A DNA stretch of 39,263 nucleotides from Burkholderiales bacterium (GTDB taxonomy: Bacteria > Pseudomonadota > Gammaproteobacteria > Burkholderiales > SG8-39): contig DATDCR010000241.1 of assembly GCA_036524215.1 (NCBI GenBank), forward strand, positions 1 to 39,263, in the 5' to 3' direction. Below, in pieces: positions 10,345 to 21,129 of this stretch. Within the stretch, counting starts at the first letter, position 1. Each line of letters starts with the position of its first letter. The notes under the pieces were generated by a model, which saw nothing but the letters and a program-made list of their open reading frames with translations, had not been told where the DNA came from and did no database searches. Position numbers and translations under genes: made by a program.

Positions 10345-11879
10345 GACAGGCTTTCCTGGTAGATGCGGCGCACGGTGTCGATGGTATCGGCGTCCTCGGG
10401 CCGCTTGTCGGGACGGTAGCCCTTGACGCGCGCGAAGCGAAGCGCAAGGCCGCCGGGGTACTGGGCGCTTTCCTGCAGGTCGTTGAAGGCGATCTCGACC
10501 ACCAGCTCGGGGCGCAGGTGCACGGTCCACTCGTCGCGCCCGGTCTCGCGCTTGAGGAATTCGGCCGTCTGCCATTCGAGCATGGCATCGGTGAGCCCTT
10601 TGAACGTCTTGCCGAGCATGATGAAGCCGCCGGTCTGCGCATCGCGCGCGCCGAGGTGCAGGTTCGACAGCCAGCCGCGCCGCCGGCCATGGCCCCACTC
10701 GGCGGCGAGGACGACGAGGTCCAGCGTTTTCGCCCGCTTCACCTTGAGCCACCCGGCGCCGCGGCGTCCCGCCTCGTAAGGCGCGTCGAGCGCCTTCGCC
10801 ATCACGCCCTCGTGCCCGGCGGCGAGCGCGTTCTCGTAGAACGCCTGCGCCTCGCCGAGATCTGCGGTGACGATCGCCGGCGTGACCAGCGCCCTCGGCA
10901 AGGCGCCGGCCAGCGCCTCGCGCCGCTCGCCCATCGCGCGGTCGAACAGGGGGCGCCCCTCGAGCAGCAGACAATCGAAGAAAAACACCGACAGCGGCAG
11001 CTCGGCGCGCCGTTGCGCCGTGTCCTCGCGGCTGCCGAAGCGGCTCATCGTCACCTGGAACGGATGCGGGCGGCCGCCCGCGCGCAGCGCGATCGCTTCC
11101 CCATCGAGAATCATCGTTTGCGGCCGGGTGCCGCGGACCGTGGCGACGATTTCCGGGACGCGCGACGTGACGTCGTTCAGGTTGCGCGTGTAGACGCGCA
11201 CCTCGTCGCCCGATTTATGCACCTGCACGCGCGCGCCATCCAGCTTCCACTCGACGAGCGCCGTGCCCAGCGCCGCCAGCGCCGCGCTCATGTCCTCGGC
11301 CGGCTGCGCGAGCATGGGCAGCACCGGCTGCAGCGGCCGCACGATGAATTGCGTCAGCGCCGATGCGCCCCCGGCGAGCGCGGCCGCGGCGACGGGTGCG
11401 ATGCTTCCGGCGAAGGCGACCGCGCGCCGCACATCGGCGGGCGGCAGCGAGGTCGCTGCCGCCACGGCCTCCACCATCACGCCCTCGAGCGCGCCCTGCC
11501 GCAGCTCGCCGACGACAAGGCGCACGAGAAAGTCCTGCTCGTCCGCGGTCGAGCGCTCGAAAAGCTCGCGCAGCAGCGCGCCCCGCTGTGCGCCGGCGCC
11601 TTTGCCTTTGACTTGCTTCAGCCTTGCAAACATGCCGTCGACGTCCTGCAAAGCGAGCGTCGGCGCTGCGGCGGCGCCTGCGCGAGCGGACTGCAGCGCC
11701 GCGAATCCCACGGTGAGCTTGCCCTGGCGGATCTCGCCGCTCAGATACGGCAACGCGATCTCGACTTCCTGCGGATCGAGGCGCTTGAGGAAGTCCGCGA
11801 GCTCGCGGACTTTGGCCAGCCGGCTCGGCGTGCCGGCGACGCGCTCCGAGGCGCGGACCAGTTCGGCAAGCAGCGTGAT
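10341..11879 (-). CDS. ATP-dependent DNA ligase, three-domain (DNA-binding, adenylation, OB) Lig1/LigB-like
   Basis: Nucleotidyltransferase motifs: I WKLDGARVQV, III ILDGEAIAL, IV EGVMAKAL, V GWLKVK, VI LRFARVKGYRPDKRPEDADT. The first canonical start is TTG at 11753. The frame is open to 11915, and the extra residues (ITLLAELVRASERVAGTPSRLAKVRELADFLKRLDPQEVEIA) look like a ligase N-terminus, so I place the start at ATC 11879, with GAGG 8 nt upstream. The start position is uncertain. Confidence 0.85.
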   Translation of the reverse strand: MTLLAELVRASERVAGTPSRLAKVRELADFLKRLDPQEVEIALPYLSGEIRQGKLTVGFAALQSARAGAAAAPTLALQDVDGMFARLKQVKGKGAGAQRGALLRELFERSTADEQDFLVRLVVGELRQGALEGVMVEAVAAATSLPPADVRRAVAFAGSIAPVAAAALAGGASALTQFIVRPLQPVLPMLAQPAEDMSAALAALGTALVEWKLDGARVQVHKSGDEVRVYTRNLNDVTSRVPEIVATVRGTRPQTMILDGEAIALRAGGRPHPFQVTMSRFGSREDTAQRRAELPLSVFFFDCLLLEGRPLFDRAMGERREALAGALPRALVTPAIVTADLGEAQAFYENALAAGHEGVMAKALDAPYEAGRRGAGWLKVKRAKTLDLVVLAAEWGHGRRRGWLSNLHLGARDAQTGGFIMLGKTFKGLTDAMLEWQTAEFLKRETGRDEWTVHLRPELVVEIAFNDLQESAQYPGGLALRFARVKGYRPDKRPEDADTIDTVRRIYQESLS

Positions 11880-11889
11880 GGGACGAGCC

Positions 11890-12762
11890 TCAGGCCGTCG
11901 TTTCGGCGGCCTGCCTCATCATGAGCGAGAGCAGCGAATGGAGCTTGTCGCGCAGCTGCCGCCGGTCGACGATCATGTCGATGGCGCCTTTCTCGAGCAG
12001 GAACTCGGCGCGCTGGAAGCCTTCGGGGAGCTTCTGGCGCACCGTCTGCTCGATCACGCGCGGGCCGGCGAAGCCGATCAGCGCCTTCGGCTCGGCGATC
12101 ACCACGTCGCCGATCATGGCGAAGCTCGCCGACACGCCGCCCATCGTCGGATCGGTCAGCACCGAGATGAAGGGCAGGCGGCGCTCGGCGAGATCGGTGA
12201 GCGCAGCCGTCGTCTTCGCCATCTGCACGAGGGAGAGGGCGCCCTCCTGCATGCGTGCGCCGCCGGAAGCGCACACGCAGATGAAGGGCATCTTCTGCTC
12301 GATGGCGACGCGCACGCCGCGCACGAAGCGCTCGCCGACCACGGAGCCCATCGAGCCGCCCATGAAGTCGAACTCGAAGGCCGCGCAGACGACGCCGAGC
12401 GCCTTGATCGCGCCTTGCATGACGACCAGCGCGTCGCCTTCGGCGGTCTGCTCCTGCGCCTCGGCGATGCGCTCGACGTAGCGGCGCGAATCCTTGAATT
12501 TGAGCGGATCGACCGGCAGCACCTCCGCGCCGATTTCGAAGCGGCCGTCCGGGTCGAGCAGCGCATCGAGGCGCGGCCGCGCGCCGAGCCGCTCGTGGTG
12601 GCTGCATTTCGGGCAGACGTTGAGGTTCTTCTCGAGGTCGGTGCTGTAGAGCACCGCGTCGCACGCGGGGCACTTGGTCCACAGGCCTTCCGGCACCGTC
12701 TTGCGGGTGCTCGCGCCGGTGCGCTGGATCTTCGGCGGCAGCAGCTTTTGGAGCCAGCTCAT
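11890..12762 (-). CDS. accD: Acetyl-CoA carboxylase carboxyltransferase subunit beta
   Basis: [12 protein letters not shown]..., then the zinc ribbon CPACDAVLY...CPKCSHH and the carboxyltransferase domain. Confidence 0.95.
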   Translation of the reverse strand: MSWLQKLLPPKIQRTGASTRKTVPEGLWTKCPACDAVLYSTDLEKNLNVCPKCSHHERLGARPRLDALLDPDGRFEIGAEVLPVDPLKFKDSRRYVERIAEAQEQTAEGDALVVMQGAIKALGVVCAAFEFDFMGGSMGSVVGERFVRGVRVAIEQKMPFICVCASGGARMQEGALSLVQMAKTTAALTDLAERRLPFISVLTDPTMGGVSASFAMIGDVVIAEPKALIGFAGPRVIEQTVRQKLPEGFQRAEFLLEKGAIDMIVDRRQLRDKLHSLLSLMMRQAAETTA

Positions 12763-13568
12763 TTGTTCACTGAGGCGTCCATCGCCTCCCGTATCGGCCG
12801 CAGGAATGCCTTCACGCGCGCGACCGCCTGCTCGGGCGCGCCCGCTTCGATCTCCTGAATGATACGGCTGCCGATGACCACCGCATCGGCCGTTCTTGCG
12901 ATGCTGCGCGCCGACTCGGCGTCGCGGATGCCGAAGCCGACGCCGATGGGCAGATGGGTGGCCGCGCGGATCTGCGGAATCTTCGCCCCGATCTCGGAGA
13001 GATCGAGGTGCGCCGCGCCGGTCACCCCGCGCAGCGATACGTAGTAGAGATAGCCGCTGCCGCAGCGCGCGACCTCATGGATGCGCTGGTCCGTCGAAGT
13101 GGGCGCCAGCAGGAAGATCGGGTCGATGCCCTCGTCTTTCGCGCGCTGTGCGAACTGAGTGCATTCTTCGGGCGGGTAGTCCACCACGATGACGCCGTCG
13201 ATGCCCGCGGCTTTTGCCTGCTTGAAGAAGGCATCGATGCCGAGCGCCTCGATGGGGTTGGCGTAGCCCATCAGCACGATGGGCGTCGCCTGGTCCTTCT
13301 CCCTGAACTGCTTTACGAGGGCGAGAACATCGCGCAATCCAACGCCGTGCTTCAGCGCGCGCTCGCCGGAGCGCTGGATCACCGGGCCGTCTGCCATCGG
13401 GTCCGAGAACGGCACGCCGAGCTCGACGATGTCGGCGCCCGCCTCGACCAGCGCGCGCATCAGCGGCACGGTGAGCGAGGGATGCGGATCGCCCGCCGTG
13501 ATGTACGGGATGAGCGCCTTGCGGCCGCCCTTGCGCAGCGCCGCGAAGCGCTGGGCGATGCGGCTCAT
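12759..13568 (-). CDS. trpA: Tryptophan synthase alpha chain
   Basis: [27 protein letters not shown]...[25 protein letters not shown] overlap with accD. Confidence 0.95.
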   Translation of the reverse strand: MSRIAQRFAALRKGGRKALIPYITAGDPHPSLTVPLMRALVEAGADIVELGVPFSDPMADGPVIQRSGERALKHGVGLRDVLALVKQFREKDQATPIVLMGYANPIEALGIDAFFKQAKAAGIDGVIVVDYPPEECTQFAQRAKDEGIDPIFLLAPTSTDQRIHEVARCGSGYLYYVSLRGVTGAAHLDLSEIGAKIPQIRAATHLPIGVGFGIRDAESARSIARTADAVVIGSRIIQEIEAGAPEQAVARVKAFLRPIREAMDASVNK

Positions 13569-13581
13569 GCGAGCGGGCCCA

Positions 13582-14778
13582 TCAGAACTTGATCCCCGAG
13601 CGCTCCGCGACGGTGTGCATGTCCTTGTCCCCGCGGCCCGAGAGGTTGACGAGGAGGATCGATTCCTTCGACATCTCGCGCGCCATCTTCATCGCCTGCG
13701 CCACGGCGTGCGCCGATTCGAGCGCCGGGATGATGCCTTCCTTGCGGCAAAGCTCGTGGAAGGCGTGCAGCGCCTCGGCGTCGGTGATCGCCACGTATTC
13801 GGCGCGGCCGCTGTCCTTCAGCCACGCATGCTCCGGGCCGACCCCGGGATAGTCGAGGCCGGCGGAGATCGAGTGCGTCTCCGTGATCTGGCCGTTCGCG
13901 TCCTGCAGCAGATACGTGCGATTGCCGTGCAGCACGCCGGGACGGCCAGCGCAGAGCGAAGCCGCATGCCTGCCGGTGGCGAGGCCTTCGCCGGCGGCTT
14001 CGACACCGACCAGCCGCGACTTGGTCTTGATGTACGGATAGAAGATGCCCATGGCATTCGACCCGCCGCCGACGCAGGCGATCACCGCGTCCGGCTGCTG
14101 TCCGGTCATCTCCGGCATCTGCACCAGGCATTCCTCGCCGATGACCGCCTGGAAGTCGCGCACCATCATCGGATACGGATGCGGGCCGGCGACCGTGCCG
14201 ATGATGTAGAAGGTGCTGTCGACGTTCGTCACCCAGTCGCGCATCGCTTCGTTCAGCGCATCCTTCAGCGTGCGCGAGCCGGATTCGACCGGCACCACCG
14301 ACGCGCCCAGCAGCTTCATGCGGTAGACGTTCTGCACCTGGCGCTTCACGTCTTCGGAGCCCATGTACACCACGCATTCCATGCCGTAGCGCGCGGCCAC
14401 CGTGGCGCTCGCCACGCCGTGCATGCCGGCGCCGGTCTCGGCGATGACGCGCCGCTTCTTCATCCGCCGCGCGAGCAATGCCTGGCCGATGGTGTTGTTG
14501 ATCTTGTGCGCGCCGGTGTGGTTCAGGTCTTCGCGCTTGATGTAGATCTGCGCGCCGCCGCAGTCGGCGGAAAGGCGCTTGGCGTGATAGATCGGGCTCG
14601 GGCGGCCGACGTAGTGCTTGAGCTCGTAGCGGAACTCGGCTTCGAACTCGGCGTCCTTGCGCGCCGCCTCGTACGCGGCGCGCAGCTCCTCGAGCGCGTG
14701 CGACAGCGTCTCGGCGACAAAGACGCCGCCGTACGGGCCGAAATGGCCGCGCGCATCGGGAAGGTCATACATCTGCAT
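13582..14778 (-). CDS. trpB: Tryptophan synthase beta chain
   Basis: [15 protein letters not shown]...[14 protein letters not shown] (PLP lysine)...GGGSNAMG. Confidence 0.95.
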   Translation of the reverse strand: MQMYDLPDARGHFGPYGGVFVAETLSHALEELRAAYEAARKDAEFEAEFRYELKHYVGRPSPIYHAKRLSADCGGAQIYIKREDLNHTGAHKINNTIGQALLARRMKKRRVIAETGAGMHGVASATVAARYGMECVVYMGSEDVKRQVQNVYRMKLLGASVVPVESGSRTLKDALNEAMRDWVTNVDSTFYIIGTVAGPHPYPMMVRDFQAVIGEECLVQMPEMTGQQPDAVIACVGGGSNAMGIFYPYIKTKSRLVGVEAAGEGLATGRHAASLCAGRPGVLHGNRTYLLQDANGQITETHSISAGLDYPGVGPEHAWLKDSGRAEYVAITDAEALHAFHELCRKEGIIPALESAHAVAQAMKMAREMSKESILLVNLSGRGDKDMHTVAERSGIKF

Positions 14779-15406
14779 TGCGCACCTCAGCGATGAAAGC
14801 CGCGATCTTGGCCGCGTCCTTGATGCCCTTGGCCGATTCCACGCCGCTCGAGACGTCGACGCCCCAGGGCCGCACGCGGCGGATCGCCTCGGCGACGTTC
14901 TGCGCGTCGAGGCCGCCGGAAAGGATGAGAGGCCGCTCGCGCCCCGCTTGCCCCACTCGGGGCGCCAGCGACCAATCGAAGCGGCTGCCGACGCCGCCGT
15001 ATTCCTCGACGAAGCTATCGAGCAACCACGCCGCCGCGGTCGAAAAAGGGCGCAAGTATTCTAGCGCATCGACTGCGCCCGCTCCCTGCTTCATCCGGCA
15101 GGCCTTGACGTACGGCACGCCGAATTGCGCGCAGAACTGCGGCGTTTCGTCGCCGTGAAACTGCAGCAGCGCCGGCTTCAGTCGTCCGATCACCTGCGCG
15201 ACCTGCGCCGCATCCGGATTGACGAACAGCGCGACGGCTTGCACGAATGCCGGCAGCGCATCGCGAATCTCCACCGCGCGCTCGACCGAAAGAAAGCGCG
15301 GGCTCTTCGGATAGAAGACGAGGCCGATCGCATCGGCGCCGCCGTCGGCCGCGGCGCGCGCATCGCCGGGACGCGTGATGCCGCAGATCTTGATGCGCGT
15401 TCTCAC
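14765..15406 (-). CDS. trpF: N-(5'-phosphoribosyl)anthranilate isomerase
   Basis: GTG at 15406 ([37 protein letters not shown]), overlapping the truA stop as GTGA. The longer track ORF (to 15682) is run-through in the truA region. Confidence 0.85.
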   Translation of the reverse strand: MRTRIKICGITRPGDARAAADGGADAIGLVFYPKSPRFLSVERAVEIRDALPAFVQAVALFVNPDAAQVAQVIGRLKPALLQFHGDETPQFCAQFGVPYVKACRMKQGAGAVDALEYLRPFSTAAAWLLDSFVEEYGGVGSRFDWSLAPRVGQAGRERPLILSGGLDAQNVAEAIRRVRPWGVDVSSGVESAKGIKDAAKIAAFIAEVRNADV

Positions 15407-16218
15407 TGCGGCAGCCCCCAATGCGCATCGTATTCGATCGCCTCGAGGTACAAGCCCTCCGGCGCGAACGTCGGCGCCGCGCGCGAGCGATCGCGCGACG
15501 CCAGCACTTCGGCCACCCAGGCCGCAGGCTGCCTGCCGTTGCCGACGTAGACCAGCGTGCCGACGATGTTGCGCACCATGTGATGAAGAAAGGCGTTCGC
15601 CCGGATCACGAAGTCGATGCGCTCGCCGCGCTTTTCGATCTCGATCGAATGCACCAGGCGCACCGGCGTCTTCGCCTGGCATTCTGCCGCGCGGAAGGCG
15701 GAAAAATCATGCTCGCCGATGAGCGCGCGCGCCCCTTCGCGCATGGCATCGACGTCGAGCGGCGCGTAGTGCCAGCCGGCATGGCGCGCCTCGAGCGCCG
15801 GGCGCACGGGGCGGTTCAGGAGCTGATAACGGTAGGTGCGTGATCGGGCGCTGAAGCGCGCATGGAATTCGTCGCTCACCGGCGCGGCCCAGAGAACGGC
15901 GACCGATTCCGGCAGGAAGGCATTCACGCCGCGCACCCAGGCGCTCTGCGGTCGCGCCGCGCGCGTGTCGAAGTGCGCCACCTGCAGGCGGGCATGGACG
16001 CCGCGGTCGGTGCGCCCGGCGGCGGTCAAGCTGATCGGCTCGCCCGCGATCGCGGCAAGCGCCGCTTCCACCGCGTCCTGGATGGCGCCGCCGCCCGGCT
16101 GCGTCTGCCAGCCGAGAAAGCGGCTGCCGTCGTACTCCAGTCCTATGGCAATGCGGGAAATTGCAGGACTAGCCGAGCTTGGCGAGGAGCTGCTCGGCCG
16201 AGGCGCGCTGCGCGGCAT
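15403..16218 (-). CDS. truA: tRNA pseudouridine(38-40) synthase
   Basis: [19 protein letters not shown]...[11 protein letters not shown] (catalytic Asp). Start uncertain: ATG 16218 gives a 20-aa Ser/Pro-rich extension overlapping the fimV 3' end by 50 nt, and there is no canonical start nearer the conserved RIAIG core. Confidence 0.85.
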   Translation of the reverse strand: MPRSAPRPSSSSPSSASPAISRIAIGLEYDGSRFLGWQTQPGGGAIQDAVEAALAAIAGEPISLTAAGRTDRGVHARLQVAHFDTRAARPQSAWVRGVNAFLPESVAVLWAAPVSDEFHARFSARSRTYRYQLLNRPVRPALEARHAGWHYAPLDVDAMREGARALIGEHDFSAFRAAECQAKTPVRLVHSIEIEKRGERIDFVIRANAFLHHMVRNIVGTLVYVGNGRQPAAWVAEVLASRDRSRAAPTFAPEGLYLEAIEYDAHWGLPQ

Positions 16219-18838
16219 CGCCGTCCTTGAGCACTTCCTTCAGCAGCTCGCGCGCGCCGTCCTTGTCGCCCATTTCCTCGTAGGCCTTCGCCAGGTCGAG
16301 CTTGGTGGCGACTTCCTGCCACTTCGGATCGCTGCTCGGCTTGGGCGCCATGACGGTCGCGTCGGCCGAGCCGCCGAGGTCGAGGCTGATCGTCGACAGA
16401 TCCACCTTGGCCGGCTGGGCCGATGCTTCGGGCTTCTTGTCGGCGTCGAGGTTGAGATCGAAATCGAGGCCGCTCGACTCGGCTGGCGCGGGCGCAGCCG
16501 GCGCCGCAGGCTTCGGCTCGGGCTTCTTCTCCTCCGCGCCGAGATCGAGGTTGAAATCGAGGCCGCCGATGCTCGGCTCGGTACCGCCGGCGATCACGGT
16601 CTCGTCCGGCGAGGCCGCGGGCTTCGGCGCAGGCGGCGCGCCTGCAGGCGCCGCGGCGCCAAGATCGAAGTCGAGGCCGCTCGGCGCCGCCTTGGAGGTA
16701 TCGTCGAGCGAAATGTCGGGCGCCGAGGCCGGCGCCTGGCTGGCGCCGCCGAGGTCAAAGTCGAGCGTGGGCGCCGCTGCCGCCGGCGCAGCCGCTGCAA
16801 CGGCCGCCGGCGCGGCATCGCCGCCGGCATAGATGCCGTTTTGCGGATCGATCGAGCGGCCCAGCGCGGCCGCCTTGTCCCACTCCGGCCCGGTTCCGTT
16901 CGTCAGGCCTTTCAGCTTGAGCGCGGTCTGCTCGAAGGCCTTCGTGTCTTTGCGCTGCGCGTAGATCTCGAGCAGCTTGGCGTGCACCGGCACGCGGGTG
17001 GAATCCTTCTGCAGCGCTTCCTTGAGGATTTCCTCCGCCTGCGCGTCGCGGCCGTAGGCCATGTAAACATCGGCCTCGGCGATCGGGTCGACTTCCTCGG
17101 CCTCCATTCCGGCCGGCGCCTGGCTCGCGGCCTGCGACACGGTCGAAGTCGTGCTCGGCGGCGGCGCGGTCGGCTCGGCGAGGCTCGCGCCGGCAGCGCC
17201 GCCTGCCGCGGCGGCGCCGAGGACGCTGTCCTGGAACTTGGCCTGGGCGAGCTTCTTCTTGCGCCAGGTCCACCAGCCGTAAACGACGAGGAGGATGATC
17301 AGCGCGCCGAGCAGCGCGAGGTACATCGGGTTCTCGAGGAACTCGTCGAGCAGGCTCGGCTCGGGCGGCGCCGCTTTTTTCGCTGCCGGCTTCGCGGGCG
17401 GCTTGGGCGCCGGTTTCGGCGCTTCGGCTGCAGGCTTGGCCGGCGCTGCCTCGGCGGCCGGCTTCGGCGCTTCCGCTGCCGGCTTCGGCGCTTCCGCTGC
17501 CGGCTTCGGGGCTTCCGCTGAGGGCTTCGGCGCTTCGGCGGCGGGCTTCGGCGCTTCGGCGGCCGGTTTCTCGGGTGCCTTGGCCGCGGGCTTTTCCGGC
17601 GCCTTCTGGGCCGGCGGCGCGGGCGCCTGCGCGACGGGCGGAACGCTCGGCTGTGCAGCGGGCGGCGGCACCGGCGCAGGCTTGGCCGTGCCTTTCTTTT
17701 CCATTTCGGCGAGCTGCTGGTTCTTCAGCGCGAGCAGCTTCTGCAGGTCCTGGACGTTCTTCTCCAGCTCCTGCTGGCGCGATTCCGCTTCCTTCAGCGC
17801 ACGCTCGCGTGCCGCGGCGTCGTCTTCGCGTGCGGCACGGGATCCTTGCGCGCCCGGCTTCGCCGGCTCGCTCTTCGAAAGACGCAGCTGGTCGGCCGGC
17901 GCGGCGGGCTTCGCCGGCTCCGGCTTGCCCTCGATCTTGCCGGTGACCTCGCGCTGGCCGGCGACGCCCTCCGCGGCCGGCGGCGGCACGGCGGCGAGCC
18001 GGCTGCGGTATTCGCGGAATTCGGCGTACTGCTCCTTCATCAGCCGGTTCACTTCGTCGCGATCGAGCGTGCCGATGGCATCGGCGTCCGGGATGTTGAG
18101 GATCTTGCCGGTGCGGACCAGGTTGACGTTGCCGCGGATGAACGCGTCCTCGTTGGCGCGGAAGATCGCGATCAGCATCTGGTTCAGCGTCACGCCGGGT
18201 CGCATGTGCTTCTTGGCGATCTCGGCAAGCGTGTCGCCGCGCTTCACTTCATAAGTGTCGCCGGCCGCCGGCTTCTCCCGCGCAGCTTGCGGCGTCGGCG
18301 CCGGGGCCGGGATGCTTTCGGCCGCGGGCGCGGGGGCTTCCTGGACGGGCGCCGCCGCGGGGGCTTGCTCCGCCGCGGGCGCCGCAGCGGGCTTCTCCGC
18401 CGCGGGCGGCAAAGGCGCCGAAGCGATCGCCGGGGCTTTCGTGTACTCGGGCGGATCGAGGAGGAAGGTGTATTCGCGAATCAGCCGGCCGGCATTCCAT
18501 TGCAGCTCGATGAGCAGGTCGAGGAACGGCTCGTTCACCGGCTGGGACGTGGTGAGGCGCAGATAGGGCCGCTTGTCGCGCCGCTCGAGAGTGATCTTCA
18601 GGCTGTTGAGCACCGGGTTCACATCGATGCCCGCCTGCGAGAAAGCATCGGAGGAGGCGAGGCGCGCGGTGAGCGCGTCTTCCTCGCCGGGCTGCAGCGA
18701 AACGATCTCGATTTCAGCGTGCAGCGGCTGCCCGAGCGGCGTCAGGACCGTGAGGCGTCCGAGCCCGGCCGCATTCGCCGCAGTCGCGAGCGCCAACCCG
18801 GCCGCTAGCACAACGACGATGCTGATTAATCTAGCCAC
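16169..18838 (-). CDS. FimV-like peptidoglycan-binding (LysM) type IV pilus assembly / polar-organisation protein
   Basis: A signal peptide appears if started at GTG 18838 ([23 protein letters not shown]). LysM domain [15 protein letters not shown]...GKILNIPD. Long Pro/Ala/Glu/Lys low-complexity region, TM segment, TPR-like region, repeated GLDFDL motifs, and the FimV C-terminal motif [25 protein letters not shown]. The track start (TTG 18874) adds rare-codon residues and is less likely. Confidence 0.8.
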   Translation of the reverse strand: MARLISIVVVLAAGLALATAANAAGLGRLTVLTPLGQPLHAEIEIVSLQPGEEDALTARLASSDAFSQAGIDVNPVLNSLKITLERRDKRPYLRLTTSQPVNEPFLDLLIELQWNAGRLIREYTFLLDPPEYTKAPAIASAPLPPAAEKPAAAPAAEQAPAAAPVQEAPAPAAESIPAPAPTPQAAREKPAAGDTYEVKRGDTLAEIAKKHMRPGVTLNQMLIAIFRANEDAFIRGNVNLVRTGKILNIPDADAIGTLDRDEVNRLMKEQYAEFREYRSRLAAVPPPAAEGVAGQREVTGKIEGKPEPAKPAAPADQLRLSKSEPAKPGAQGSRAAREDDAAARERALKEAESRQQELEKNVQDLQKLLALKNQQLAEMEKKGTAKPAPVPPPAAQPSVPPVAQAPAPPAQKAPEKPAAKAPEKPAAEAPKPAAEAPKPSAEAPKPAAEAPKPAAEAPKPAAEAAPAKPAAEAPKPAPKPPAKPAAKKAAPPEPSLLDEFLENPMYLALLGALIILLVVYGWWTWRKKKLAQAKFQDSVLGAAAAGGAAGASLAEPTAPPPSTTSTVSQAASQAPAGMEAEEVDPIAEADVYMAYGRDAQAEEILKEALQKDSTRVPVHAKLLEIYAQRKDTKAFEQTALKLKGLTNGTGPEWDKAAALGRSIDPQNGIYAGGDAAPAAVAAAAPAAAAPTLDFDLGGASQAPASAPDISLDDTSKAAPSGLDFDLGAAAPAGAPPAPKPAASPDETVIAGGTEPSIGGLDFNLDLGAEEKKPEPKPAAPAAPAPAESSGLDFDLNLDADKKPEASAQPAKVDLSTISLDLGGSADATVMAPKPSSDPKWQEVATKLDLAKAYEEMGDKDGARELLKEVLKDGDAAQRASAEQLLAKLG
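17411..17563 (-). repeat. Tandem 21-bp (7-aa) coding repeat inside fimV
   Basis: Plus-strand unit cggcttcggcgcttccgctgc is repeated. Copies at 17459-17479 and 17480-17500 are identical, with near-identical copies at 17411, 17501, 17522 and 17543. It encodes (P)AAEAPKP x ~6. Confidence 0.8.
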
Positions 18839-18927
18839 GATTCCCCACCCCGAATTTGTTCTTAGCCGGACCAACTACCTTAACATCATGGTCTTACGGC
18901 TGCAAATTCATACTTTTTCTCAGTTTC

Positions 18928-20073
18928 TTAGTGCTTCACGCCCGCATCGAGCAGGATGCGAAGCATCCGTCGCAATGGCTCGGCCGCGCCCCACAGCAGC
19001 TGGTCGCCGACCGTAAAAGCCGCCAGATATTCGTCGCCCATCGATAGCTTGCGCAGGCGGCCCACCGGAACCGAGAGTTTTCCGCTCACCGCCGCCGGTG
19101 TGAGCTCGGCCAGCGATTCTTCCCGTCGGTTGGGCACCACCTTCACCCAGTCGTTCGCCTCGGCCAGCACGCCCTCGATCTCGTCGATCGGCAGGGGCCG
19201 CCGCAGCTTGATGGTCATCGCCTGGCTGTGGCAGCGCATCGCACCGACGCGCACGCAGACGCCGTCGATCGGAATTTCACCCTTCCCCGCCTTACCGTTG
19301 CCGCGGCCAAGAATCTTGTTCGCTTCCACCTGGGCCTTCCATTCCTCGCGGCTCTGGCCGTTGCCGAGGTCCTTGTCGATCCACGGCAGCAGGCTGGCGG
19401 CGAGCGGATGGCTGAAATTGTCCTTCGGCAGCTCGCGCGAGCGAATCGAATCGGTCACTGCGCGATCGATATCGAGGATCGCGGAAGCCGGATCGTCCAG
19501 CAGCGGCTTCGCGTCGCGGCTGACGTGCGCCATTTGCGCCACCAGCTCGCGCATGTTGGCGGCGCCGGCGCCGGACGCCGCCTGGTACGTCATGCTCGTC
19601 ATCCACTCGATCTCGTCGCGCTGGAACAGACCCGCCATGCCCATCAGCATCAGGCTGACGGTGCAGTTGCCGCCGATGAAGTCGCGCCGGCCGTTCGCGA
19701 GCGCGTCCTTGATCACGCCCATGTTGACGGGATCGAGGATGATGACGGCATCGTCCTTCATCCGCAGGGCGCTCGCCGCGTCGATCCAGTAGCCCTTCCA
19801 CCCGGCGCCGCGCAGGCGCGGATAGACATCGTTCGTGTAGTCGCCGCCCTGGCAGGAGATGACCACCGGCAGGGCTTTCAGCGCATCGATGTCGGTGGCG
19901 TCCTTCACCGGCTCGATGCTCTTCCCGACCGCCGGGCCTTTGCCGCCCGCCTGGGAAGTGGAGAAGAACACCGGCTCGATAAGGTCGAAATCGCGCTCCT
20001 CGCGCATGCGCTGCACGAGGACCGACCCCACCATTCCGCGCCAACCGACGATTCCCACTCGAAGCATTTGCAT
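18928..20073 (-). CDS. asd: Aspartate-semialdehyde dehydrogenase
   Basis: [14 protein letters not shown]...[11 protein letters not shown] (active-site Cys). Confidence 0.95.
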   Translation of the reverse strand: MQMLRVGIVGWRGMVGSVLVQRMREERDFDLIEPVFFSTSQAGGKGPAVGKSIEPVKDATDIDALKALPVVISCQGGDYTNDVYPRLRGAGWKGYWIDAASALRMKDDAVIILDPVNMGVIKDALANGRRDFIGGNCTVSLMLMGMAGLFQRDEIEWMTSMTYQAASGAGAANMRELVAQMAHVSRDAKPLLDDPASAILDIDRAVTDSIRSRELPKDNFSHPLAASLLPWIDKDLGNGQSREEWKAQVEANKILGRGNGKAGKGEIPIDGVCVRVGAMRCHSQAMTIKLRRPLPIDEIEGVLAEANDWVKVVPNRREESLAELTPAAVSGKLSVPVGRLRKLSMGDEYLAAFTVGDQLLWGAAEPLRRMLRILLDAGVKH

Positions 20074-20076
20074 AGT

Positions 20077-21129
20077 TTATAGAGCGGAGAGGACCGCGTG
20101 GCCCATTTCTTCCGTGCCGACCTTGCGGGTCCCCTCGGTATGGATGTCCGGCGTGCGCAAACCCGAGCGCAGGACTTCCGTCACGGCGGCTTCGATGCGC
20201 TGCGCGGCCTCGGCCTGGCGCAGCGAGTAGCGCAGCATCATGGCTGCCGAAAGGATCGTGGCGAGCGGATTGGCCACGCCTTTGCCGGCGATATCCGGCG
20301 CCGAGCCATGGATCGGCTCGTAGAGGCCCTTCCCGGCCGCGTCGAGCGATGCCGAGGGCAGCATGCCGATCGACCCGGTCAGCATCGACGCTTCGTCCGA
20401 CAGGATGTCGCCGAAAAGATTGCCCGTGACGATGACGTCGAACTGCTTGGGCGTGCGCACGAGCTGCATCGCGCAGTTGTCGACGTACATGTGCGAAAGC
20501 GCGATGTCCGGGTATTTCTTCGCCTCCTCAGTGACCACTTCGCGCCAGAGCTGCGAGGTCTCGAGCACGTTCGCCTTGTCGACCGAGCAGACTCTTTTCC
20601 CGCGCTTGCGGGCTGCGTCGAAGGCCACGCGCGCGATGCGCCGGATCTCGCTCTCGCTGTAGCGCATGGTGTCGAAGCCTTCGCGCTCGCCATTCCGGTC
20701 GCGGATGCCCTTCGGCTCCCCGAAATAGATATCGCCCGTGAGCTCGCGCACGATGAGGATGTCGAGCCCCGCGACGACGTCGGCCTTCAGCGCCGATGCG
20801 CCGGCGAGCTCCGCATGCACCTGCGCCGGCCGCAGGTTGGCGAACAGGCCGAGCGCCTTGCGCAGCCCGAGGATGGCCTGCTCAGGGCGCTTGGCGCGCG
20901 GCAGCTTGTCGTAGCGCGCGTCGCCCACGGCGCCGAAGAGGATGGCGTCGGCCGCCTTGGCGAGCTCGAGCGTATGGGCAGGCAAAGGATCGCCGCCGGC
21001 CTCGTAGCCTGCGCCCCCCACCGGCGCCTCTTCCATCTCGAGCCGGAGATCGAGCTTGCGCAGCACCTTCTTCGCCTGCTCGATGATCTCTGGCCCGATG
21101 CCGTCGCCGGGCAGGATCGCGATTCGCAT
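20077..21129 (-). CDS. leuB: 3-isopropylmalate dehydrogenase
   Basis: Internal ATG 21129: [15 protein letters not shown]...[24 protein letters not shown]. The start overlaps the leuD stop (TAATG). The upstream part of the track ORF is an artefact. Confidence 0.95.
   Translation of the reverse strand: MRIAILPGDGIGPEIIEQAKKVLRKLDLRLEMEEAPVGGAGYEAGGDPLPAHTLELAKAADAILFGAVGDARYDKLPRAKRPEQAILGLRKALGLFANLRPAQVHAELAGASALKADVVAGLDILIVRELTGDIYFGEPKGIRDRNGEREGFDTMRYSESEIRRIARVAFDAARKRGKRVCSVDKANVLETSQLWREVVTEEAKKYPDIALSHMYVDNCAMQLVRTPKQFDVIVTGNLFGDILSDEASMLTGSIGMLPSASLDAAGKGLYEPIHGSAPDIAGKGVANPLATILSAAMMLRYSLRQAEAAQRIEAAVTEVLRSGLRTPDIHTEGTRKVGTEEMGHAVLSAL

Noticed and set aside
10345-10974. N-terminal 210-aa extension of the folC track ORF; similar 5' extensions for leuB (to 21453), leuD (to 22658), ispG (to 34373), rodZ (to 34972), der (to 29731), bamB (to 30903), trpF (to 15682) and ppiA (from 412)
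   Set aside because: The extensions overlap the upstream gene in another frame and are Arg/Pro/Gly-rich. In every case an internal ATG/GTG sits exactly at the upstream gene's stop (ATGA/GTGA/TAATG) and coincides with the conserved N-terminus or signal peptide of the family.
17411-17563. Possible CRISPR-like array because of regularly spaced 21-bp repeats
   Set aside because: The repeats are directly tandem with no spacers, stay in frame, and encode an AAEAPKP heptad inside the fimV low-complexity linker. No cas genes are in the window.
18839-18927. AT-richer asd-fimV spacer with an imperfect hairpin (GCCG-GACC ... GGTC-TTA-CGGC) as a possible terminator or small RNA
   Set aside because: The stem has a 3-nt bulge and a 17-nt loop, with no U-tract on either strand. 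The region is adequately explained as the fimV 5' UTR and ribosome-binding site (GGGGTGGGGA before GTG 18838).
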